DNA of 53,942 nt from Macrostomum lignano (taxonomy: Eukaryota): assembly GCA_002269645.1 (NCBI GenBank), contig NIVC01001858.1, positions 1 to 53,942 on the forward strand. Reading direction: 5' to 3'. Position 1 is the stretch's first letter. Every line of letters starts with the position of its first letter. This document shows, one piece after another, positions 35,371 through 48,178 of the stretch. The translations under genes were made by a program, and so were the position numbers. The notes beneath the pieces are model-generated. The model was not told the DNA's origin, did no database searches, and saw only the letters and a list, made by a program, of their open reading frames with translations.

Positions 35371-36322
35371 TAATGCTTCCATAATTAAATTATGTAGCTT
35401 AAATATGCATTAATATTAGTGCTGTAATATGCTTTAAAATTTTATGCTACCAGAGTGATGGGAGCTTTAAATGCTGAAAAAAACAAAAAAGTCTGAATTT
35501 TAGTTTAAATGAGTCTTAAAAATTAAATGTGAGTATTCCCCGAAATAACCTCCCATGTCACTATTGTACTATGTATACATCCCATCCCCGGTATCTGTCA
35601 ATAAAAAGTCATTAATTACATGTATAACAGTTCCCACATGCCAGACTAAACCGTGATCTCGATAATTGTTTTTTTATTTTTGATAATTGATTTAAGAATA
35701 AGGTTTTTATTGTAACAACTAGTAAATTAGATTAAAACTACAAACCTAGTAAGTAGTAAAAACTGTTTTGTTTCAATTTCAATTTCAACCAGTTGTTAGA
35801 GTTGTACATGTTCAAACCAGATAGGCCTACTAGCAAGCAGATCATGAAGGAAAAAATTATTGCAAGCTCCTTCAGATAAGCCTATTCTATCTATAAGATC
35901 ATGTAAGGCAGGATCTGCTAGGATAAAAGTACAGATTGTTTTCCAGGGCTATTCAATCTCATCTTATCTACATTACAACTAGGCAACTAGCATGTGGATT
36001 GTGGAATCATGCCATTTGTTTAGTTTGTTATGTACACTAGCTATGTACATTTTAATGTCAGTTTAATGTTGGTAAAAACCAATCAAACAAAGTTATATGC
36101 ATAGAAAATATAAAACCAAAACAAAGGATAGGCCCTATTATCAGTTCAGGGTAGCCATTAGCAGCAAGGCATTAGTGAATAAAAACTTGCATTACCTAGT
36201 ATATGATCTTTGAATACAATGCAAACCTTGTTAAGTATCTATATTGCTATCTTGCTAATATGCCATTAGGAAAATGCAGTCTCTTTTTAAAGCCAAAATA
36301 GATAGTTTTGGTTAGTGTTCTA

Positions 36323-36726
36323 TAGAGGTCAGATAGGATCCCGATCCCAATCCCAAAATCCCAGGATCCTAGGAAAATTGTATTCCTGCAGGACCAGGAT
36401 CCTAATCCTAAAAAACACAAGAATTGGGAATAGGTCTTTTGATCAAAAGTTTATAGAATTAGTGATTAAATTAAATATATTTTGTTTTAACTTATATTCA
36501 TTATCTTATTACTTTTTTATTATAAAACTTTGCATCTATTTTGTTGTTTTACTTTTGATCTTGACATTTTTTGCTCAATTTTGTTTAACTTTATATGGAC
36601 CTATGAACTACAATACACCAAAAGACCTGATCCCAATTCCTGAATCCCGATTCTGATCCCGATCCCAAGAAAAAATTATTCTTGATCCCGATCCCGCCCA
36701 AAGATTTCAATCCCATCTGACCTCTA
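36323..36726. mobile_element. MITE with TIR tagaggtcagat and internal gatccc subrepeats
   Basis: tagaggtcagataggat ... atcccatctgacctcta. The flanks give only a weak (5/8) TSD. Confidence 0.55.
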
Positions 36727-37381
36727 ATGTTTTGCCATAAGGGGGGTCCATGTGCCATAGCCGTAGCCGTGGCTTATATGGCTTATAAAATATGGCTTAT
36801 TCCAATTCTTTGTATTATGTAGCCATAAAGACCCCAATATTACTATATTCCTATAGTTTTCATAGCCATAACTATAGTTTTAACAAAAAGTCTAAGAAAC
36901 AAAATATTTTGAATCAAAAAGATACCTAGTGTTTAAACAAATGCAAATTAAGGTAGAAAATAAAACAAGCACTCAATTGCCTTTGTAAGATTATATTTCA
37001 TCTTTTTTATAAAGAGTAACAATACTTAATCACTATTGAAGTGAAAGTACTAGTGTTAAACTTTTTACATTAATAAAAGTTTGAGTTTGCTAGCATTTTA
37101 TTATACTTTATTAGGTATAATCTATAAGTTTCTAAGTCTATAATAGAGTTTACCAAAGTATCTTTGTTTTATTTTACTTGTTTCTAATGTTCATTTTTTG
37201 TTTTTTATTAATAAGTATAGCTATTAGAATCTATGGAATGTGACAAAAACTATCATATTTCCATAGTTGTAGCCATAAGAGCAGCTATTTACCATAGTTA
37301 TATCCATAGTTATTGTGAGCACTTATTGTACTATATTTGCCATAAGATCTTATAGCTGTAGCCGTAACTATGGCGGAACAT
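36727..37381. mobile_element. Probable MITE with TIR atgtt(c/t)(c/t)gccata and subterminal ccatagc repeats
   Basis: atgttttgccata ... tatggcggaacat, flanked by ta on both sides. Confidence 0.4.
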
Positions 37382-37667
37382 TAGTTTTGGCCAATCTTTT
37401 CTTACCAAATCAATTATACAAAGGAAATATAAACATTTATCAAGGCTAGGCTATTATGCATACTATAATTATCTAAGCTATAAAAATTGAATGATATTCA
37501 AGATGTTGCTTAATTATCAATGTAATAAAAATCAAATGCAACATTTTGTTTATGGCCTAAATGTATACATTAATAGTCTATTATAAGAAACAATAAAAAA
37601 ACCAGAAATATTGATTGAATAATGAATTTTATTTACTTAATAACTAATAATAATATTCTATTGTACC

Positions 37668-37972
37668 CATACATGCGCAACCTCTAAAATTTGGTTGGCC
37701 ATGCGACTTCCTTTTAACAAAAATATGCGACATAGTTTTTGGCCAAAAATGTGACTTACAAGTAAAAAAACCCTAGCATAAAGAAAAATTAACGCTAATT
37801 TGGGTAAACGGCAGGAGTAACTATAACTGTCTTATTGAGTCAAAATGCCTCGTCAGCTACTTAGTACTACTACTTGGGTATTTTTTGGGTGGGCTTTTTT
37901 TGCAACTTCCTTGTTTGGCCGCCAAATCGGTCGGCCGCATCGGCCGACTTGGCCGCCTGTTGTGCATGTATG
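37668..37972. mobile_element. 305-bp TIR element with perfect 8-bp TSD carrying a 28S rRNA-derived segment
   Basis: TIRs catacatgcgcaac / gttgtgcatgtatg. TSD attgtacc at 37660-37667 and 37973-37980. 37802-37865 matches the conserved eukaryotic LSU segment (53/64 by hand against the remembered consensus). Confidence 0.85.
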
Positions 37973-38224
37973 ATTGTACCATTTCAAGATATACCTACCT
38001 AGGATACTTTTTGACATTATATTCCTAATATGAGTTTTCTTACCTTTGCAAGATTAATTGTTTTTTAAATGCAATAAAAATATAGTGCACTTAGATGCTA
38101 TGGCCAGGCTAATTCATTATAATTTGACACTTTAATTATAATTTATCCATTAAATGACATTGTCTATAATACCTAGTGAGTTGTGAGAGGCATTATTGCT
38201 CATTCCACTGACTCCTCTAAGCAG

Positions 38225-38484
38225 GCATACAAGTGAATAGATACATACACAATCATATACACAGGCAAATACTCACTTAGTAATCTACAGCAGCCCCAAC
38301 TTTATTTATCATTAGGCATCTACACTTTACTATGCTTTGGCAGTTGGCCTTCAAGGGCATTAATTACACGAGTAGAGCCAAGTCAAGATTCCAATTTAGC
38401 CCCAAATTAATGTGACTGCACTTGGAATTGAGCCTGGGCTGCTGGCATATCAGAGCGCCACACTTGACCACTGGGCTATGACCC
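38225..38484 (-). mobile_element. Older, AT-drifted tRNA-derived SINE copy
   Basis: Same body as the other copies. A-box tagcccagtgg on the minus strand. Several CpG-to-TpG/CpA changes. Confidence 0.78.
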
Positions 38485-38700
38485 CCTATTAATCAGTTCA
38501 CCATATGTAAATAGATTCTGTTATAGCTAGTATTTAGTTTTATTTTTCTATGGTGGTAACCAACAAAAGAGCAATTACTATTTTCCACAGATACAATAGT
38601 TATATGATCTGCAGCTGTAGCCATGATGACAGTGAATCAGAAGTTTCTGACATTACAAAAGACTCACTTTATTTGGCTTGCTCAAACTCCAGCCAGAGTC

Positions 38701-39171
38701 ATGTCAACAGCCGCCCGGCGTCGCCTAATGAAAGACCTACAGATGATGCAGAAGGACCCGCCGCCAGGCGTTGGTGCCTGCCCCACCGACGAGAACATCA
38801 TGGTGTGGAAGGCGGTCATTCTCGGGCCAGACGACACCGCATTCGAAGGCGGAGTGTTCAAGCTCAGCATGACCTTCACTGAGGAGTATCCGAACAAGCC
38901 GCCAGCCGTGAAGTTTCTCACCTCCATGTTCCATCCGAATGTGTACGCTGACGGCTCCATCTGCTTGGACATCCTGCAGAACCAATGGAGCACCTCATAC
39001 GATGTACGCGCCGTGCTGACCTCCCTGCAGTCGTTGCTAGGCGATCCGAATCCACACTCGCCAGCCAACATGGCCGCAGCGGAGCTGCTCACCAATAACT
39101 GTCGGGAGTACACTGAGCGGGTGAGCCGCATTGTTGAGGACTCCTGGCGGCATCGGGACGACAAGCTGTGA
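38701..39171 (+). CDS. Intronless Rad6/UBE2A/B-like ubiquitin-conjugating enzyme E2 (156 aa)
   Basis: [49 protein letters not shown] (active-site Cys intact), [12 protein letters not shown]. Confidence 0.92.
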   Translation: MSTAARRRLMKDLQMMQKDPPPGVGACPTDENIMVWKAVILGPDDTAFEGGVFKLSMTFTEEYPNKPPAVKFLTSMFHPNVYADGSICLDILQNQWSTSYDVRAVLTSLQSLLGDPNPHSPANMAAAELLTNNCREYTERVSRIVEDSWRHRDDKL

Positions 39172-39289
39172 TGCGCGAGCGTCAGCTGATATTGATTTCC
39201 CTGTGATCCATGCTTTCCATTGTTTTCATTTCAACTGCATTATGTCTATCGCTGGTCAATATATCATTTTTAGGTCAGCAACCCTCCGT

Positions 39290-39856
39290 CTGAATGGATG
39301 GGCCAGTAACCCTTCGTCTGAATGGATGGGTCAGTAACCCTCAGTCTGAATGGATGGGTCAGTAACCCTCAGTCTGAATGGATGGGTCAGTAACCCTCCG
39401 TCTGAATTGATGGGTCAGTAACCCTCCGTCTGAATGGATGGGTCAGTAACCCTCCGTCTGAATTGATGGGTCAGTAACCCTCAATGTGAATGGATGGGTC
39501 AGTAACCCTCCGTCTGAATTGATGGGTCAGTAACCCTCAATGTGAATGGATGGGTCAGTAACCCTTCGTCTGAATGGATGGGCCAGTAACCCTTCGTCTG
39601 AATGGATGGGTCAGTAACCCTCAGTCTGAATGGATGGGTCAGTAACCCTCAGTCTGAATGGATAAGTCAGTAACCCTCAGTCTGAATGGATGGGTCAGTA
39701 ACCCTCAGTCTGAATGGATGGGTCAGTAACCCTCCGTCTGAATTGATGGGTCAGTAACCCTCAATGTGAATGGATGGGTCAGTAACCCTCCGTCTGAATG
39801 GATAGGTCAGTAACCCTCCGTCTGAATGGATGGGTCAGTAACCCTCCGTCTGAATG
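39290..39856. repeat. Minisatellite, 28-bp unit tgaatggatgggtcagtaaccctc(a/c)gtc
   Basis: About 20 tandem units starting ~120 bp after the E2 stop codon. Confidence 0.95.
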
Positions 39857-40254
39857 AACAAGGTAATTTGAGTGAACCAATTTAATCTGTAGTTATAGAC
39901 TTCACAATTCATAATTTAACCAATCGACTAATTCAGTACGAATAGCATTGTACTGCTATATACTTTTATGTTTAATAATGAACAAATGCTTGTTCCAATA
40001 ATTTGAATACAAGTTTGTTGTGTAATTATTTATCCTGTGTCCATTTTTTAATAAAGAAACCATTCAAACTTCATTTTTCTTAAGCTGTTCGTCTGAAAAA
40101 ATCATTGATTAAAATGAAGCACTTGTAGCTAATATTGTTTTATTTTTTGCTTCTTTTGCATTAAACAAAATTATATATAATATGTATACTGCAGAAATTA
40201 TACTACGAGTACAGTATCAGTACAGAAAGAATTGGGGAATCTAAGTAGGCTAAG

Positions 40255-40812
40255 CTAACTCGCGCATATACTACTGTTATCGACCGAATCAAACGAAGGG
40301 ACGAATACACAAGTGGCGTCAGTGTACAAGTCCAACCGCAGGCTTTGATAGTTCTCGGCAATCATGGCGGCAATTATCATCGGGCACGGATAATCTTTCT
40401 CGTCTTTGGATGCCGTGTTGCAGACTTTGCCTTCTGGCAGCAGCTCCCAGCAGTGGTAGGCGCCGCTGCTTTCCAGCTGCTGACGGTCCCTCTCCATGTC
40501 CGGCTGAAACTTTAGCCAGCTATGCGGGTCCTTGAACTTGACAGCCACGGCGTACACCTTGCAGTGCTTGTGCACTCGTGCCGGCACTCGCACAGTAAAG
40601 TTGGGCTTCGTCTTCCTGTCCAGCTCGCTGCACCAGGCGTGGTACATGCGAACCTTTCTAAGCTCTCCGCTCGCCTCATCGTCCAGATGGAAGAGGAAGC
40701 ATGCAACTTGCTGATCGAGTGAGTAGCGCACTTGGACAGCAGAGGTGCACTCATACTTGTCGCCGAGTCGTCTAATATAGGTCTCATTTGTGCTTAATAC
40801 GATTGGGAACAT
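40255..40812 (-). CDS. Uncharacterised 185-aa protein (orphan paralog 1)
   Basis: Intronless ORF with coding-like composition. Clear protein-level homology to 42815-43339 with diverged DNA. Confidence 0.75.
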   Translation of the reverse strand: MFPIVLSTNETYIRRLGDKYECTSAVQVRYSLDQQVACFLFHLDDEASGELRKVRMYHAWCSELDRKTKPNFTVRVPARVHKHCKVYAVAVKFKDPHSWLKFQPDMERDRQQLESSGAYHCWELLPEGKVCNTASKDEKDYPCPMIIAAMIAENYQSLRLDLYTDATCVFVPSFDSVDNSSICAS

Positions 40813-41064
40813 GCTGAGTTACTGGCTTCACGAATACAGCTGATCGCCATCGGATTCCCCGCCTTCAGAGCCGATCTTGTTGGCTGTAGACGGCGGCCGC
40901 CAAGAATTTGCCAGTCCGGCGGGCGAGCTTCGATCCGGGGGTTGCCTTAACTGGTCTATCAAGTATCCAGCTAGCTGGCCAAAATTCGAGTTTGACTACT
41001 GAACTTTTTGACAGCCCCCGGCCGAGCCCGCCGCAGGCGGCAACCTTGGATCGGCCATGCCCGA

Positions 41065-41525
41065 AAGCGGCCACCAAATATGGCGCGCCTGACAGCGCCT
41101 CGCTTGCTCAGATCCGATCTCTGCGGCCGCATCCTCACCTGCGCATTCCATTCAGATTTCAGACGAGCCGTAGCCAGCCTCTCCGACTGAGGATCAGTCG
41201 CCGCACTGAGTGCGAAGCGTCTCAAGCAACCCGGAGTCGGCGGAAACGCCCAGAAAGTGGCAGCTGTGAGCTGACTGCGGCGCGTGCGCGCGCGCCCCAC
41301 CCACCGTTGCCAATCCATGTCTTGGCCGGTAGTGGGTGGGGCGCGCGCGTGCGCGCCGCGGTCGGCTCGCAGCTGACCACTTTCCTGGCGTCTCCGCCGT
41401 CTCCGAGCCAGTCTGAGAGGCTGGCTCCGGTTCGTCTGAACCGAATGCGAAAGTTAGGCGCGGCGCAGAGATCGGAGCTGAGAAAGCGGGCGATGTCAGG
41501 CGCGCCATATTTGGTCACCGCTTGT
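41065..41525. repeat. GC-rich imperfect palindrome (foldback) upstream of orphan paralog 1
   Basis: accaaatatggcgcgcctgaca..gcgcgcgccccaccca on + mirrors tgggtggggcgcgcgc..tgtcaggcgcgccatatttggt. Centre ~41315. Confidence 0.85.
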
Positions 41526-42814
41526 CAGACCGGTCACCTCTGCGACCTAGTTTGTATTCAGCCTGTAGGAATAGGTCAAGGAAAGAATAGTAGGTTAGTG
41601 AACTGACTTTATTAGTGCTATAGTGCTTTTATATGCATAGGTGGTCTTTTAAGAGGTTTCATTCCAAAACGCACTACTTACCAAGAGTTGGAAACGCAGC
41701 CATGTTGTGCTGCGCCTGCAGAGAAAAACAAGACAAGAACGAAGCAGAGAAATCTTTCCCTCCAACCGACAAGCGCTGCTTGTTTTATACAAGCTACGTG
41801 TACATCGGGGCCGCACTGTGAACTACGGTTAAGTCCTGCACAAAAGAGAAGAGGCAGATTAGCAACGTAGAGGAAACGTCACACGCATTTCCATGCTTTC
41901 CACACAGCTGAACTGTTCACCCAAAAGAGTAGGGGCAGAGAGAGAGAGAGAGTGCATCGGAAATGTACACTGGAAAATCGACCGCTTGTACACTGTCTTG
42001 GAGGCAAGATTTTTCTCGGAAAATCCGAGTAAATTGCTGCCTTTGCTTTAACAAGAAATGCAAGTTAGCTTGGATTTTTCCTCGAAAAAGTTTAGCCCTA
42101 GCTATCACTCACAGGTTTGTTTTCTTAAAAAGTCATCCTTTCTTGCAAAATAATTTTTTAAGTTAATGCCGGTTTTTTTGCATGGAATTAAAAAAATCGA
42201 ACAGAATTATTTGTTTTAACTTTAAATATCTCTTAGTATGAATCTTTTTTTGTATTTGTAGTAGTAAAGTTTTGTTGAATCACAGCCACAATAGCATTGA
42301 ATTAGGCGCGCATTATTACCTGCCGCTCTCAGAGCGAATTCATTTTTATAGGTATCCAGGTCAGTGACAGTAATACATTTCAGGCATTTTTTCACCTGCA
42401 AAAAGTACACCAGCAATCTAGCATGGTGTCTGGGCGCTTAACGCGCTGAAAAAGAATCAAGAATCAGGCTTTTGTGCCTTGATTTGATATAAAGGACATT
42501 CTGCTCTTTGCGTTAAAGTCGAGTGAAACTTCTCGTAAATCGAGAATCGACACAGTTGAACACTTTGAATTGCAAACAGGGACACTTTGTCACAAGTCTA
42601 TAACAATTGTGTGTAACTTTGAATTACTGTGAACTCACATCTGTAAATTCAATACAGAGGGTATAACAGATTCAGAAAGATTCAACAGACCGTCTCGACA
42701 TTAACGTCGAGGAAATCGTTGCTTACTTTGAAAACGGCATGGACTGAAACCGGAGCCCCCCATACTCCGATGAGCGCAATAATAACAGATGCTAAAGGGC
42801 TAAAACGTTGACTT

Positions 42815-43339
42815 CTACTCTGTAGAAAATACAACAGGGTTTTCCTTAAAAAAATTATAAATTACTGGGCGTGTTCGGCCCAGCTCATCAGCATCTGATA
42901 GGCTGCTGACGATCACAATCGGGTCGCTAGTGCCGCAGTCGGGCACCTCGAGCTTCTCCCATCTGTGATAGCGGCCGCTGCTCCTCGCTGCCGCAGACTC
43001 GTCCTCCATCTCGGCCAGGAAACCCATCCAATTGTCTTGGACTGGGTCTTTGAATCTTACCGCCACAGCGTAGACGCTGCAGTACTTGTGCACTTTTGAC
43101 GGTAGCCGCACGCGAATGCTGGCTGCAGTTTTCTCCAGCTCTCTGCTCCAAGCGTGGTACAAAAATATTCCATCTCGCTCTCTATCTCTCTCCCTATCTT
43201 CGCCTTCAAAGTTGAAGCGGAAGCACGCTAGCTGGTCTCCGAAGCTCCTCCTTACTGTTCCAGCCTGGATGCAGTTGTACCTACTGCTCAGGCTCCTGAT
43301 GTAGCTCTTGCTGCTGCTCAACACCACACAATCAACCAT
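42815..43339 (-). CDS. Uncharacterised 174-aa protein (orphan paralog 2)
   Basis: Intronless ORF. Shares VLS..YIR, Q.ACF.F, YHAW..EL, VHK.C.VYAVAV.FKDP and SSG.YH.WE.L with paralog 1. Confidence 0.75.
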   Translation of the reverse strand: MVDCVVLSSSKSYIRSLSSRYNCIQAGTVRRSFGDQLACFRFNFEGEDRERDRERDGIFLYHAWSRELEKTAASIRVRLPSKVHKYCSVYAVAVRFKDPVQDNWMGFLAEMEDESAAARSSGRYHRWEKLEVPDCGTSDPIVIVSSLSDADELGRTRPVIYNFFKENPVVFSTE

Positions 43340-44643
43340 TTCAAAGCGCTAAGGCTCTGTAGAGTCGTCAAATCTCCATCGTTTTACCGCGTCACAGACT
43401 CCTATGGTGACAATCGGAGACTGCGTGGGGCCGCCAGTATTCTTGCCGAAAAAAATTTGACGACAAAAAATTGACGGGCCCGCTCGCCTGAGGCGAGTCA
43501 GACTGCCCCCGGATCCAGGGACAATCCGCGGTGACCCGCTCGCCGCGAACCGCCAACTCCGCCCGCAGCAACCCGGTGCAGAGGCCAAGCGCCGCACGCT
43601 GGGGTCCCGGCTGCTCTCTCAGAGCTTCCTCGATGGGGGGTTCGAGTGCCAGGACCGGCAGGGCGGAACCCAAACCGATGTCGGGCGCTTTGCAAGCATT
43701 GGAGATTGAGCGGCCGCTGCATATTGGGCGCCGCAGATCGATCTGGTCCAGCGGCAGCAGACTCAAACCTGTCAGGCCGGACACTTCAGGGATTCGACTG
43801 CGCTCTAGCCTGCAATAGGAAAGTTCGGTGACAAGCTTATTGACCCATAGAAAAGTGAATTGAAAAACTATTTACGCTCGTAGTTAAATCAAGTTTTCTG
43901 GGCTACTCACCTTGATTCGACATACTCGCAATTGCGAAAGAAGATGTGGAACAAATGTTAATTTGAAAATAAATGGAAGTGGGGCACTTCGGGGGTGATA
44001 CTGGCGGGCTTAAATACCTTTTTTAGTCTGGTGAGCTCACTTAGTACCTTCTGATTCACCCAACAAATTGGAATCTCTATCCACACGCTCCTATAGAAGG
44101 GAGTGCGTGAGCTATTCTAAGCTCATACGTAAGAGACGTATTTAAATAGGGAACAATGTACGCTTCTCGATGCTGGCTCAATAATTCTCGGAAAATCCAA
44201 GTGTTTGTAATAGCTCGGAGTTTCTAACAGTTGGCTAATAGATGCTACGATGGTTTAGTAGACAGAAACGCAATCACCTAAACATTATAATTTAGTCAGA
44301 TTCAAGAAAACTGCATGGTAAAGATTTCTAGTTCTGGAGTTTTGTTTTGTCAAATTTCTTACGAGCTACAACTCTTGGATTTTATTCCTAGTGTATAAAA
44401 CGTGTCGAAAGCGAGTCAGGATGTGGATCGATGAGAAGAGAATTAAGAAATCACATTGGTTTGTAATTAAGAGACGTAGGAGCAGAATTAATGTGACTGC
44501 GCTTGGAATCGAGCCCGGGCCGCCCGTTTGTACGAAAACAGTTCAAAGGGCTTTCATCCGACACATCCCGATGAAAAACGGTACCTAGGTTAAGAAGCGT
44601 CCCGAGTCACTTGCGTCGCCCCAGTCGTTGCGGGCAACACAGG

Positions 44644-45000
44644 GATTTTTTATTAGAGGCAGGGGGTTGTGTGCACCCTGGCGCACTTTAAGCGACATAG
44701 GCACACAACCGGCGAGAGGCATTACTGCCCATTCCGCCGACTCCCCTGAGCAGGCATACAAGCCCGCGGATACGTACGCAGGCACACACTCACACAGGAG
44801 TGCACAGCGGCCCTAACTTTATTTATCGTTAGGCATGTACACTTCACTGCGCCTTGGGGGGTTGGCTCTCAAGGCCGCTAATTGCACGAGCAGAGCCAAG
44901 CCGAGATTCCAATTCAGCCCCAAATTAATGTGACTGCACTTGGAATCGAGCCTGGGTCGCTGGCACACCAGAGCCTGCGCTAGACCGCTGGGCTACGCCC
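44644..45000 (-). mobile_element. Full-length tRNA-derived SINE flanked by a ~119-bp direct duplication
   Basis: Minus strand: cgtagcccagcggtctagcg (A-box), ggctcgattcc (B-box), body, aataaaaaa tail. Flanks 44526-44643 and 45016-45134 are near-identical. Confidence 0.85.
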
Positions 45001-46443
45001 CCCCCCCCGGGCCCGGTTTGTACGAAAACAGTTCAAAGGGCTTTCATCCGACACATCCCGATGAAAAACGGTACCTAGGTTAAGAAGCGTCCCAGAGTTA
45101 CTTGCGTCGCCCCAGTCGTTGCGGGCAACACAGGTAGGTAAAATAGAAAAGAAGTGACTCTAGACGACTCTGAAAACGACGAGATGTTGTGGTACAAGTC
45201 GCCAAAAAGTCGTCAGAGTCGGTTAGATTAGAGGCGTTTTGTTGTCTGCGACTGTGGGGTGCTTCTATTATGGCTCTAAGACCGTAGAGTCGTATCTGAT
45301 GCGAGCTAGAGTCGCTGTATAGAATCACGGAGTTGCGTCTAAAGCGCTTCTAGGTTATTTTACGAGTAATGAATTAGAATCGCATTTCGCATTCATAACA
45401 ACTCTATTTAATCTACTAGAGGTAGTAGAAAGTTAAGCGCTAACACGACACTTGTGCGACTTTTTCGCGACTCTTACGACTCAACATTTGCCTCTCGGCT
45501 CTCCGTCGCATTTAGTCGTTTGAGTCGTTAAAAATTCACAAGACGCTAGAGTCACTAGCGAGAATTGTTAGCAATGACTAGTGATTATTGTCACGTTCTT
45601 ACCAGGCAGATTCCAGAGTGTACACGCCTAATGCACAGATATAGTATCTGTGGCCTAATGATGAGAAATTCAAGGCCGCTGTGCACCCTATGTGAGAGTG
45701 TGCTGCATGAGTACATAATACCCACAGATTGACTAGAAACTTTTTGGAAATATGCGGGGAAGTTGGAATCGAATTTTGTAAATAAGAAAATGAATATCTG
45801 AGTTTTATAAAAACAAAAGCAATCGTCTATGATTGGTTATGAAGTTTAAAAAACCAAAACTCGACGAATTCAAAACAAATCGTATATTTATTATAAGCTA
45901 AATAATAAACATGACGAGTAGTTAATTAAATCAACATGCGCATGTACAACATGGAATTAATAAAACACAATTTTTGTAATTGAAAACCTGCCATTTCCAA
46001 CCAGCTTTTGTTTTCCAATTAGACTTCTAAGAAAAGATTAAACCAGCAGTAACTTTGTGGTTTTTGCATCAGTTTTTTCAGAACTTTCTGAGTAATTAAC
46101 AGAAGCAACACAATGATTCATATAACTAGATAGATAACAATAAATTTATTGCTGCAATACATAAAAAATCTATTAATGGTCAACAAACTAGTAAACAGAG
46201 CTTCTGAATATTGTCAATAAACTTAATTTTACACAGAGTAGAGCTGCAAGCTAGGACTTAGGAGCAGAATTTAATAGAATGGATTGTAACATTTTCTGCG
46301 CGTGTATCATGTCTGCTCACCAGGCAAACTAACCATAAAGCGATTAATAATTTCAACTTTTCTTCCACAGTTTAACAGAAAAGCAACTAGACAGAGGCAG
46401 CAGAGAGCAGCTCAATAAAGAATGCTTTGTTTTGTTGCTTTTG

Positions 46444-48178
<1,735 letters not shown>

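Noticed and set aside
37802-37865. rRNA gene call for the 28S-like segment
   Set aside because: Only ~64-90 bp, diverged, and embedded in a TIR element; no other rDNA sequence is present.
40865-41870. 232-aa and other ORFs over the GC palindrome
   Set aside because: Low-complexity Arg/Ala/Pro products mirrored on both strands by the palindrome.
45153-45556. Possible MITE with an 11-bp inverted repeat agtgactctag and gagtcg subrepeats
   Set aside because: The inverted repeat is short and no TSD was found.
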